From an uncultured bacterium (GTDB lineage: Bacteria > Patescibacteriota > Minisyncoccia > Phycocordibacterales > PALSA-1337): DNA of 61,138 nucleotides. Below are positions 1 to 8,970 of this stretch, piece after piece. A model generated the notes under the pieces. It saw nothing but the letters and a program-made list of their open reading frames with translations, was not told where the DNA came from and did not search any database. Where the stretch lies: NCBI GenBank assembly GCA_903837075.1, contig CAILTI010000025.1:1-61138 (forward strand), in the 5' to 3' direction. Positions within the stretch are counted from its first letter, which is position 1. Each line of letters opens with the position of its first letter. Made by a program: the position numbers and the translations under genes.

Positions 1-141
1 AAAGTTCAAGATCGTGAACATGAGTAGCGGCTTCAAGACGACCCACACATAGCCCAGTACACTCCCGTGGTAACGTAGCTTGAAATCAGTCTTGGCTATA
101 CGCATCACTAGCTCTCTGTGGTTTTCGTGGGTTTGGGGCAT
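1..141 (-). CDS. ABC-2 type polysaccharide/teichoic-acid export permease, N-terminal fragment (gene continues beyond window start)
   Basis: Own translation from ATG at 141: MPQTHENHRELVMRIAKTDFKLRYHGSVLGYVWVVLKPLLMFTILNF. The DxKLRYxGSxLGYxW...PLL segment matches the conserved N-terminus of Wzm/TagG-type permeases. Absent from the ORF track because it is truncated. Confidence 0.55.
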   Translation of the reverse strand, partial: MPQTHENHRELVMRIAKTDFKLRYHGSVLGYVWVVLKPLLMFTILNF

Positions 142-144
142 AAA
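96..144. repeat. Direct repeat copy 1 (45 nt perfect, 48/49 with flank); overlaps start codon and first 14 codons of the permease gene
   Basis: ACGCATCACTAGCTCTCTGTGGTTTTCGTGGGTTTGGGGCATAAA is identical at 100-144 and 511-555. Confidence 0.9.
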
Positions 145-168
145 ACTGAAGAAAATAGTAAAATGATT

Positions 169-327
169 TTACCTTATAATATCACCACCCCAGATATAGT
201 CCGTAAAATTCGGTGTTAAATTTTTTCCAATAACCGCTGATTTACTTACCCCAGCCACTTTCGCAAGTTTTTGCAGATTTTCAATATTAATACGTACTTT
301 TTTGTGGATTTGTCGTTCTATAAACAT
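169..327 (-). CDS. 52-aa helix-turn-helix protein (Xre/excisionase-like), below ORF-track cutoff
   Basis: Own translation: MFIERQIHKKVRINIENLQKLAKVAGVSKSAVIGKNLTPNFTDYIWGGDIIR*. The segment LQKLAKVAGVSKSAV reads as an HTH. The ORF sits between the two direct-repeat copies. Confidence 0.4.
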   Translation of the reverse strand: MFIERQIHKKVRINIENLQKLAKVAGVSKSAVIGKNLTPNFTDYIWGGDIIR

Positions 328-462
328 GTGATTTTGAGCCGTATATTACATACTTTTACTAAAACGTAAGTGCACTTATAGAATGTCTTGAACAAAATAT
401 AAATAGACTATAGCAGATATTAGTCACTATATCCAACAAACGCATTCACCAAACTGATTTCT

Positions 463-490
463 ATTGTCAAGTCATTGTCAACAAGACAAT
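463..490. promoter_or_regulatory. Candidate operator: ATTGTCAA half-site plus palindrome ATTGTC-AACAA-GACAAT
   Basis: ATTGTCAA occurs at 463-470 and 474-481. A 6+5+6 palindrome lies at 474-490, upstream of the HTH ORF on the minus strand. Confidence 0.3.
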
Positions 491-506
491 ATTTGATCCC
501 ATCCAC

Positions 507-555
507 CTAGACGCATCACTAGCTCTCTGTGGTTTTCGTGGGTTTGGGGCATAAA
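507..555. repeat. Direct repeat copy 2 (duplicated permease 5' end; opens a dead-end 24-codon ORF)
   Basis: Identical to 100-144. Translation from ATG at 552: MPQTHENHRELVMRLGGWDQILSC*. Confidence 0.9.
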
Positions 556-622
556 GGAGTGTTATTTTTGCATCTGTAACGTCTATACTACATCAAAAAC
601 TGCACATTTCCAAACCAAATGT

Positions 623-2788
623 CTACGGCTGAACCTCTCTTATTGCCGCTTCTATTTCATCTTTTGCCTGTGGATAATAGGCCTCTATCGATCGTAATAT
701 CTCAATCGCCCGTGCAGTATTACCGGCTGCATATTGTATACGCGCCTGTTGAATAAGAGCGCTTATACTTTGTGAAGGGGTGATTATGTCCTGATAAATC
801 GACACTGCTTGCGATAGTTTTCCTGATAACATGTATGTCTTTGCTTTCTTTACCAAATCAAAATCCGCCCCCAACACATGAGCCGCATCATCTTCATGAC
901 CAGCCAATGCAAGCGTAACAGCATATGCAGTCGCTGCTTTTGCATATCCTGGAGCTAATTCGTAAGACTGTTTAAGGACACTGATCGCCTGATCAAGTTT
1001 ATTCTCAAACAAATACACTGACGCTAGCTCAAAACTTATTACCTGCTCTTCAGGTGCCAATGAGAGCGCCTTTCCAAGCAACGCTTCAGCATCGGCAAAT
1101 CTCCCGATCCTTTTCAAAAATGGCCCACTTATAAAATACACGTAAGCATCATTTGGTGTATTTAATATCTGTACATCTATTTGTTTGGAGACAAGATCGA
1201 TCAATAACTGCTTTGTTTGTCCGGTGGCCATAGGATTACTAAGAACATTATCCGTACATGATATAAGTTGCGAAAGAATATATTGACTAGACATAACATT
1301 ACTTACAGATATTGACTTTATAAACCATTCGATACTGGTAATTGGTTGGGAGCAGGACTCATTGGCAAGACTCAAATATTTGTTTGCCAATAGCGGTCTT
1401 ATATTCAAACAGTAAACAACTCCTATAAAGAATATGATGATAACTGGCACAAAGAAATAAATTATAATATCCTTTGATACTATCCTCCTATTAGCATTCT
1501 GCGACTGGTCATAAACACTGAAGGAATCTACCATAGCAAGTACAACAAAAAAGAATAGGTAGCTAGATAATGTATCAAATACAAACAAATTATGAACTAT
1601 ATACCCAATCAATAGACCTGTTAAAATATATTTTCCAGCTAACAAAAGTCGTGATTTCCAAAGAGCTATCATCAATAGTACATATATAGCGAGGTATGAA
1701 AGTAAACCTACAACTCCAAAAGATGAAAGCTGATCCAAAAAGATATTATGTGCACTGTCGACCCACTGCTCTACAGCATACATGTTGGGATTATAGTATT
1801 TCTGAAATAAGTAAACGAAGTTTCCTTGTCCCCAACCGAGAACAGGCCTTTCCGAAATACCCATCAAAGCAATGGGCCATATATACTGTCTCGACTGATC
1901 GCTTGCCGTCCATGAGATAGCTGCAAAACGTGACAGAACTGCACTTCGTTGAATGATCGGATTTGCGCGATTGAACCAGAACACTCCACCAACAATAATA
2001 GCGAGTCCTATAACACATCCGCATATGATGCGCCACCGCCTAAAGAGACGTGGCCCAAATATAGAAAAAGCGGCAATTGCTACTATTGAACCCAGCACCA
2101 ACCCAAGAAATGAACCTCTAGTACCAGTTTCAAAAATATTATAGACGAAAAGAAGTATTGCTATTACATATATAGAAAGCTGCAAAATCAAACGAGGCTT
2201 TCGTTGCCAAACAGTAACATACATATAAGCCGCTAGAAAAACATGGAAAAGAAGGTACGCAGCGAGAAAGGTCGGATTACCAAAAGATGAATCTATGCGC
2301 GTAGTATCAAAGTGCATTTGCATCCAACCAACGCTTTGAAACAATCCGTGCACACCAACAATCATCGCTATAAATAACGAAAAATTTATCCATCTATTCC
2401 ACATCTCATTTACATCACCAGCATTGAACATGCTTTTAATGACCAAATAAAATGCCCAAAGATGGATGATAGTAATCCAACCGTCCATTCGATCAAAATT
2501 GGACCAAAAACTCCTCATTGGATCTATGCCGATCAGATCAGCAACTAGCGACAAAACAACAAAAATACTAATAGTAATAGTAAGTGGCGTAAACCTAGGT
2601 CGGTATTTAAAATCAAACAAAGCTAGAATCAACCACGATGCAAATGCAATTTCTACAAGTATCCGAAAATAAAATGCTTGTCCTGTAATATATGGTACAA
2701 CGAAGGATGATATTACGACTATGGGAAAAATAGGAATAAGAAAAATCGCTGACAATGTTATATATTTTGCAATATTCTTAATATTCAT
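623..2788 (-). CDS. O-antigen ligase/polymerase-like polytopic membrane protein with C-terminal TPR repeats
   Basis: 721 aa with more than 10 hydrophobic helices and a Wzy_C-like region (GTRGSFLGLVLGS). The C-terminal ~230 aa carry TPR-like repeats (AEALLGKALSLAPEE, LDQAISVLKQSYELAPGY). Confidence 0.75.
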   Translation of the reverse strand: MNIKNIAKYITLSAIFLIPIFPIVVISSFVVPYITGQAFYFRILVEIAFASWLILALFDFKYRPRFTPLTITISIFVVLSLVADLIGIDPMRSFWSNFDRMDGWITIIHLWAFYLVIKSMFNAGDVNEMWNRWINFSLFIAMIVGVHGLFQSVGWMQMHFDTTRIDSSFGNPTFLAAYLLFHVFLAAYMYVTVWQRKPRLILQLSIYVIAILLFVYNIFETGTRGSFLGLVLGSIVAIAAFSIFGPRLFRRWRIICGCVIGLAIIVGGVFWFNRANPIIQRSAVLSRFAAISWTASDQSRQYIWPIALMGISERPVLGWGQGNFVYLFQKYYNPNMYAVEQWVDSAHNIFLDQLSSFGVVGLLSYLAIYVLLMIALWKSRLLLAGKYILTGLLIGYIVHNLFVFDTLSSYLFFFVVLAMVDSFSVYDQSQNANRRIVSKDIIIYFFVPVIIIFFIGVVYCLNIRPLLANKYLSLANESCSQPITSIEWFIKSISVSNVMSSQYILSQLISCTDNVLSNPMATGQTKQLLIDLVSKQIDVQILNTPNDAYVYFISGPFLKRIGRFADAEALLGKALSLAPEEQVISFELASVYLFENKLDQAISVLKQSYELAPGYAKAATAYAVTLALAGHEDDAAHVLGADFDLVKKAKTYMLSGKLSQAVSIYQDIITPSQSISALIQQARIQYAAGNTARAIEILRSIEAYYPQAKDEIEAAIREVQP

Positions 2789-2797
2789 AGAGTCGAA

Positions 2798-4318
2798 TTA
2801 TATTCCTTTGTTCAATAGTTCCCTTGTTGAAGGACCAACTATTCCAACAGCGTCAAGTCCATTTTTCTTCTGATATGCCTGTACACCCTCCTTTGTTTGC
2901 GAACCAAAATATCCTGTTATAGGTCCTGAATATACTCCGTCTGATTTCAACCTATGTTGCAGAGCCAAGACATCAGGATCTGACACTCCTAGTGCCGTCA
3001 TTCCAGGATATAGATAACGAGTGAAGGAAGCGCTTAATGCAGGTTGCTGATTCACAACTTGAACAGATCGTGGGCTTGATGGCAATTTTGATGAATTCCC
3101 CATCCAGAAATAGTACTGACCCACAACACCCTTTAGATTGGTAAAAGAAATTACAACTGGCAAAGGCAGAGCATCGCTACCAGTGGGTTTATACGTTGCA
3201 TAGTATACACCATCAGTTCCCTGGGTTACAGCTGTTTGATACCCGCCGATTTTTACCTGTACATTTGTCACCGTCTCGTTCGTACCAAAATTTACGCTTA
3301 TAGTGCTACCGGCTCCAAAAAATAATCCTAGTACGTCATTTGAAGACATAGATATCGAGGAAAGTTGTGGAGGTTGGTTGAATCCAGAAGACACTGGAGC
3401 AAGAATAGTGTTCTGAGTAGGCACGGCACTTCCAGAGCTCAGAGAGTTTACAATGATAGACCCACACATATAACCAGTTGCACATACAGATACAGTAGAC
3501 TGACCAACAGTCAAACCTTGGAGCACAAGGTTTGTTCCATTAATGCTGGCCGACACTATATCCTTATTTGTATTAGTTAATGCATTATAGGAACCGGGGC
3601 CATATATTCCAATCATCTGTGTAGGTTGCCCAACCACAACATAAGCCGGAGACTGATTGAATGTAACCGTTTGACTTGGAGACTTAACGGATATATTAAC
3701 AGTACCACAACCGACTGATGATGCGCAGATAGACACTGTAGACACTCCTATATTCAATCCTGTCATTAACACAGAATTGCTGTTTGTCTGGATCGATGTT
3801 GAAACAATATTAGGATTGGAATTTCCCGCAACTACCAAGGCATTCGCTGTGTTATCAGCATAAATGTTCACACTTTGACCTTGAACGATGGTGACATTTT
3901 GTTTAGATAGAGATAAGGCTCCCGTCTGTGTGGATATATTAGACGTTGTTGGCCAGGAAACCTTGGACGAGATGGCCCCATCTACAGATACATACACTGA
4001 TACTCCACCACTCAGACCATATGAATTAGGAGCAACAGAAACACTGAATGAACCATTTGCATCGGTATGACCGATATCTATGGACGTGTACAACGTGGTC
4101 GTTTGGTTTGTAGAATAAAGGTTTGGGTAATTGAACGTGACTACCGCGTTTTGACCTGCCCCAGCAACATCAACCCTGACTAAAGATACGTTGTCGGTAA
4201 TAGTCAAATTTGGTATATTCGCCGCCAGGACATGATTCATGAGTGTACCGGTAAGAATAGTGGCAACGATCATATTCATTGCTAGGTAGCCACTTTTTTT
4301 GAAAATATTTTTATTCAT
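2798..4318 (-). CDS. Secreted surface protein, Ig-like (Big_2-type) repeats plus C-terminal peptidoglycan-binding domain
   Basis: N-terminal hydrophobic anchor. Repeated ..STVS[IV]CA..GCG.. modules. C-terminal PG_binding_1 motif VLALQHRLKSDGVYSGPITGYFGSQTKEGVQAYQKKNGL. Confidence 0.7.
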   Translation of the reverse strand: MNKNIFKKSGYLAMNMIVATILTGTLMNHVLAANIPNLTITDNVSLVRVDVAGAGQNAVVTFNYPNLYSTNQTTTLYTSIDIGHTDANGSFSVSVAPNSYGLSGGVSVYVSVDGAISSKVSWPTTSNISTQTGALSLSKQNVTIVQGQSVNIYADNTANALVVAGNSNPNIVSTSIQTNSNSVLMTGLNIGVSTVSICASSVGCGTVNISVKSPSQTVTFNQSPAYVVVGQPTQMIGIYGPGSYNALTNTNKDIVSASINGTNLVLQGLTVGQSTVSVCATGYMCGSIIVNSLSSGSAVPTQNTILAPVSSGFNQPPQLSSISMSSNDVLGLFFGAGSTISVNFGTNETVTNVQVKIGGYQTAVTQGTDGVYYATYKPTGSDALPLPVVISFTNLKGVVGQYYFWMGNSSKLPSSPRSVQVVNQQPALSASFTRYLYPGMTALGVSDPDVLALQHRLKSDGVYSGPITGYFGSQTKEGVQAYQKKNGLDAVGIVGPSTRELLNKGI

Positions 4319-4341
4319 GTTCAGATTTTTAGCAAACTAAA

Positions 4342-5367
4342 CTACTGTGCACTAGATACGACGAACGACAACGTTACCGGCAACGAACTTTGTGCATTAT
4401 TTATAAACAACGTATGGGAACCTGATGTCACACTAGTTGGAACTGTAAAAACTATCACCGTTCCATCTGGAGAAACGTATCTACTAGTCGCCTGCAGATT
4501 TGAATAATTGGAATCAAAATATATATTTGTAGACCTAGAAAATCCTGAACCTAGTAACACCACCGAAGTTGCATCGTCAGCATAAGCAGAAGCCGGCGCG
4601 ATTGACGTGACACTAAATTGCGGAGCTATAACAGTGAACCAGCCACTTACATCGTCATTTGGAGTAGATCCTGTGTTGTTACCCTGTATACGTATTCGGT
4701 ACGTTCCGATAGGGAGATCTTGGTATGAATTTGTTATAGATGAATATATATTACCAACCTTCCAGAGATATTGATTCCCATTACTGCCTGGCAATTGACT
4801 TAGAGCAATGAAACCTGCCCCAGCTCCTCCAGGTCGCTCTAAACTAATATTATAACCACCAGCAATAGTTTTATCCCATCGTATCATTGTAGAGCTTCCT
4901 ATTGAAAGTGCCTGACCAGTAGCAGGTGATTTAATACCAGTATTCGAAATGGCAGGAACTCCGACAATTGGTGAAACTGATGCCTGATTAGCAGATGACG
5001 TGGCTGGATTATTATTAACTATTCCACTCAAGCAGGTTTTTTGATTGATCGATGCTCGAGTCTGAGAACCAACATAACCTGTAGGAGAAATACCATTATT
5101 AGTCTGATATTTTTTTACAGCTGATAAAGTCAGCAAACCAAAATATCCGTTTGGTGTGGCCGCTAAATAATTCGAAGACTTTAGGTAAGTCTGAATCATT
5201 GATACGGAATTATCCGAGGCAGAGTCGTTCAGACCAAAAGAAAGGTCGTGCGCTAAGTTAACACAGATCGATTGGGCAGAGGCCATCTGTACAGACGTGA
5301 ATAATGTACACACGACTGACAATGCGAGAACGGATTTGCCAGTTTTGCTCACAATATAATTATACAT
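4342..5367 (-). CDS. Secreted protein, N-terminal peptidoglycan-binding domain plus Ig/IPT-like C-terminus
   Basis: Signal peptide (..SVQMASAQS). PG_binding_1-like segment VSMIQTYLKSSNYL..GYFGLLTLSAVKKYQTNNGISPTGYVG. Confidence 0.7.
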   Translation of the reverse strand: MYNYIVSKTGKSVLALSVVCTLFTSVQMASAQSICVNLAHDLSFGLNDSASDNSVSMIQTYLKSSNYLAATPNGYFGLLTLSAVKKYQTNNGISPTGYVGSQTRASINQKTCLSGIVNNNPATSSANQASVSPIVGVPAISNTGIKSPATGQALSIGSSTMIRWDKTIAGGYNISLERPGGAGAGFIALSQLPGSNGNQYLWKVGNIYSSITNSYQDLPIGTYRIRIQGNNTGSTPNDDVSGWFTVIAPQFSVTSIAPASAYADDATSVVLLGSGFSRSTNIYFDSNYSNLQATSRYVSPDGTVIVFTVPTSVTSGSHTLFINNAQSSLPVTLSFVVSSAQ

Positions 5368-5529
5368 GCACTAATTATAACCTATTGGAACTTAAACTTA
5401 CATAGACATGAGACATACAACATATAATCACAACATAAAGTTATCAATATTATCAAACACAAAAACCACTCTTTCGAGTGGCTTTTGTTCCAACTTTGTA
5501 ACCCGTTGGGAGGAGATTGACCTATACTA

Positions 5530-7392
5530 TTATTGGAACATAACTGCCTTTAAGAGAGTCGTAATCTGTGAAGATTGTAGACTATTAGCGGCAGGCAATG
5601 CACTTGATGTTCCATAGTTAAGCCTGGAAACAGAGACTGTGCCACCGGCTGATGCGGCTCCTGAAGCCTGGAATGTAGCAGTGAAAGTCTTTGTTGCACC
5701 TGGACCAACGTAGAAGAATAGACCATTTGGATCATCCTGACTTGAATCGCTATCAGAGAAGTCCTTCGTAGTAGTTGCAAAGTTACCACTGAAGTTCGTC
5801 GAATTGACAGCAATGGCTGCATTAGCATTCGTTGACACGTAGATCGGGTTGTTTCCGGCCGTTAGGCTGTAAACAAACTTGTAGATCTGTGTACAAGTTG
5901 CCAACGTAGTATCGCAAGTCTTAGGAGAAACAACTGTTGAAGCCATATTCGATGCATTCACACCTGTAGCAGTGAATGACTGAGCATTGGCAGTAAGAGT
6001 TGTCTCTGAGCTATTTGGAACACTATTGTATGTAGCGTCGATAACTGAAGGATTGAACGTGGTTGCACCAAGTAAGCCTGCTGTAGGCAATGACACCTGC
6101 AACGTTGTGTTATCAACAATGCCATTAGTATCCTGAACGATCGTAGCTGTGATCGTCATAGGAACATAAACATCAGCCTTCAATGGGATGTTCAAATTTG
6201 TAAATGACGTCGTTGTACCGATAGTGCTAGCTGAATATGTAAGACCATTTACCTTCAACTGAACATTAGCAAGAGCTCTATCAGCCGTAACTCCGGTCGA
6301 TCCGACCTTATTGATCGTTACGTTCAAAGACTGAAGTGTACCTGGCTCATTTTGTACCTTGATATCGAAGATACCGAGGACTACATTCTGAGTTTGAGAA
6401 GCTGTAGAAACTTGTATGAGACCAGTAGCTGGTGAACTTGCATCGGTTGTTACGACAAGTTGTCCGACGTTTGAACCCTGGTAGGTGAATGTGCGGTAAT
6501 CAGTACCTTCTGCACCGAGGACTGCGCCTGTACCACGTGTTTGTGTATCTGTGATACCTGTGCCGTCAACTGCACGAACCTGGGCCTCGGTAACAACAAT
6601 CGGACCGCTTGAGCGATCTGAGACTGCGTTGAATCCTACATTGACTGTCAAGTATTTGCTCTGAGTTGCCTTGACAACGAGATTAACCGGGACTGTGATT
6701 CTATAATCTGAACCAACAGTAAGTTCACTGAAGTTGGAAACATTCAAGTTATTAACTGAACCGACAACTGTACCTGTCTCATCCTTGATCGTGATCGAAT
6801 TTGCGTAGAGCCAAATGCGAGTATTGAAGTCAATAGAGAAATTGGTAACTGCCATGTCGGAAGCATTTGCCTGAAGCTTGTAGCCTACTACATCGTATGA
6901 CTGACCCTTGTAAGCTGTAACGCCTGAAGGGGTAGTCCAGATTGAGAAAGCCAAAGTTCCTGCTATGCCAGGTGTTGAAATTCCTGCTACTGTGCCAGTG
7001 ACTGTTGTTGCAGGAAGTGTGTTACCAGCACCTATTAGAGTACAAATCATGCCTGTAGGACAAACTGTTCCTGCTGCAGGAGTTGCAACTGCACTACCAT
7101 TCAAAGATGCGAGGGTCAAAGGACCAACGAAACCTGTTGAAGGAATCTTGTTTGCTGTCTGGTAAGCCTGGACTGCTGTCTTTGTCTGAGAACCGAAGTA
7201 TCCTGGAGCTGCTGTCTTTGCAACAACTGAAGGAATACTGTAACCACTACTAATCAACCATGTCTGAAGAGCAACAACATCAGCGCCAGTAGAACCGACT
7301 GTTAGGTTGGTCTTAAAAGCGTAACCTTGTGCTGAAGCGATCATAGCAACTGCCAATACAGCAACGCCTGTCGCGATCATTATTTTTTTCAT
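5530..7392 (-). CDS. Secreted 620-aa surface protein with N-terminal peptidoglycan-binding domain
   Basis: Signal peptide AVLAVAMIASAQG. Motif VVALQTWLISSGY..GYFGSQTKTAVQAYQTANKIPSTGFVG. The remainder is T/S/V-rich and beta-rich. Confidence 0.7.
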   Translation of the reverse strand: MKKIMIATGVAVLAVAMIASAQGYAFKTNLTVGSTGADVVALQTWLISSGYSIPSVVAKTAAPGYFGSQTKTAVQAYQTANKIPSTGFVGPLTLASLNGSAVATPAAGTVCPTGMICTLIGAGNTLPATTVTGTVAGISTPGIAGTLAFSIWTTPSGVTAYKGQSYDVVGYKLQANASDMAVTNFSIDFNTRIWLYANSITIKDETGTVVGSVNNLNVSNFSELTVGSDYRITVPVNLVVKATQSKYLTVNVGFNAVSDRSSGPIVVTEAQVRAVDGTGITDTQTRGTGAVLGAEGTDYRTFTYQGSNVGQLVVTTDASSPATGLIQVSTASQTQNVVLGIFDIKVQNEPGTLQSLNVTINKVGSTGVTADRALANVQLKVNGLTYSASTIGTTTSFTNLNIPLKADVYVPMTITATIVQDTNGIVDNTTLQVSLPTAGLLGATTFNPSVIDATYNSVPNSSETTLTANAQSFTATGVNASNMASTVVSPKTCDTTLATCTQIYKFVYSLTAGNNPIYVSTNANAAIAVNSTNFSGNFATTTKDFSDSDSSQDDPNGLFFYVGPGATKTFTATFQASGAASAGGTVSVSRLNYGTSSALPAANSLQSSQITTLLKAVMFQ

Positions 7393-7942
7393 TTTTTATA
7401 ATTTTACGCATGCCTCTCCATTTATTTATAATTCGAAGGAAAGATTGATGCGGCTAGTAAGCTAACTGATAATCTAACTCATGCCACTTCTCCCACCTCA
7501 ACGCTATCGACACGCCGAAGTACGAGATTTTGTGGGTACACTAAATACGAACTTATCTAACTAGATATTATTTAGTTTTCAAAGTTCGTGTCTATCCTAC
7601 GAAGCTTTCGCGAGGTAGGATCCCCTCTGCTGTTATGCTTTGGGACGAGGGTATTATAAGTACGAAACTTGTAACACACTCGTTGCAAAACATTATAGCT
7701 CATAATGTACACACTATGCAAAAGGGTGATGTGTGGATAACATTACTAACTATACTATATTTATTTACTAAAAAAGGCCTCAAATCCATGTTTTCTCATG
7801 CTTTTGTGGCTTCGTGTAGTAATAGAGCCATATTAGCTGATTTCGTGCTATTAGTCAATCAAGAGAATGTTCAACGTCCAATGACACAATATTCAGTGGA
7901 CATTGCGTCATTGCCTCGCCTGCCGGCAGGCAGGAATATTGT

Positions 7943-8737
7943 TCATTTTAGGGAATATCTACTCCATCTCCTCTCACCTTCTTTCTTGATGATTCCCCTA
8001 TTTAACAAATCGATAAGTTCGCGTTGTATAGTCTTCTCACTACAGTCCTTGATCACCTTGGCGAAGTCCTTTATAGTCAGTTCACTTCGCGTTCCCAGAA
8101 TATTCAAGATCACCTCCTGTCTATTGGTTTTCTTCTGTTGAACAGAAACATGGCCTTGAATAGACGTGGCAGTTTTATTGGCAATTGGGTATTGGGTATT
8201 GGACATTTGCCCTTTGGAATCTCTCGACCCATGACCAGTATTTCCTCTATTATCCATCCTGAAACCCGACGCGAACAAATCTGGTGTCTTAAAGAATGAC
8301 TCTGAGAGAACGTAACCTGCCTTTTCAGCACTCTGTGCTAGTCGATCACGGAGCATGCCAACAACGAGATCGATCTCGCGCACCAGAAGCTGGTGATTCA
8401 TCTCCGAAATAAGGTTGGAAATCTTCGCTACATTCAATAACGACAAAGTCTCGAGCGCGGCAGTAAAGATCGACTGGATAACTACACTCTTGTCACCAGG
8501 AACAGCACTAGATGCTGTGAAGGACGAAGATAATAGATCTATACCCCTATCACGAAGTTCCCACTTGATCGGCTCATCGTCCTTTAGGAGTCCGGAGACG
8601 AGGTAGAGCGCGGCGGTAATTTTTTCTGTCTTTTTGAACAGATAGATCAGGTAGTCCTCCGCGGAGAAAAAGCCTAGTGATTTCCAGTTCAAAGGGTTAC
8701 TGAACGAGTCCTGATTGTTTGTCTCTGAATTGTCCAT
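7943..8737 (-). CDS. DNA-binding protein with C-terminal winged helix (DeoR/MarR-like)
   Basis: C-terminus ILNILGTRSELTIKDFAKVIKDCSEKTIQRELIDLLNRGIIKKEG. The N-terminal domain is unassigned. Confidence 0.55.
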   Translation of the reverse strand: MDNSETNNQDSFSNPLNWKSLGFFSAEDYLIYLFKKTEKITAALYLVSGLLKDDEPIKWELRDRGIDLLSSSFTASSAVPGDKSVVIQSIFTAALETLSLLNVAKISNLISEMNHQLLVREIDLVVGMLRDRLAQSAEKAGYVLSESFFKTPDLFASGFRMDNRGNTGHGSRDSKGQMSNTQYPIANKTATSIQGHVSVQQKKTNRQEVILNILGTRSELTIKDFAKVIKDCSEKTIQRELIDLLNRGIIKKEGERRWSRYSLK

Positions 8738-8970
8738 GATGATATATCGGTGTCCTTTATACTGATTCTGATGTCCTTGATGAAATCTCCTGGCATTTCC
8801 CTGTCTTTGATGTGTCCATTATAGTCTTTGAGGAGAGAAAAGCAAGCACCCCTTATCTACCTGACAATATTCCATTCCGTAAACATGAATACTGTTTTTC
8901 AATGCAGTGACGAAGTACATTTTGAAATTATATGTGCTATTATTTAGATATAAATTAATAAACTACCATC

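Noticed and set aside
325-340. 16-nt identity (CATGTGATTTTGAGCC) at the start codons of the HTH ORF and of secE (46229-46244)
   Set aside because: Roughly one chance 16-mer match is expected in a 61-kb AT-biased window when both strands are counted. The positional coincidence at two ATGs is curious, but that is insufficient evidence for a shared leader or a recombination event.
7635-8141. 168-aa plus-strand ORF spanning the spacer upstream of the 620-aa surface-protein gene and overlapping the wHTH gene
   Set aside because: It overlaps the 3' part of the better-supported wHTH CDS on the opposite strand and has no recognisable domain. Its first half lies in what is more likely the leader/promoter region of the surface-protein gene.
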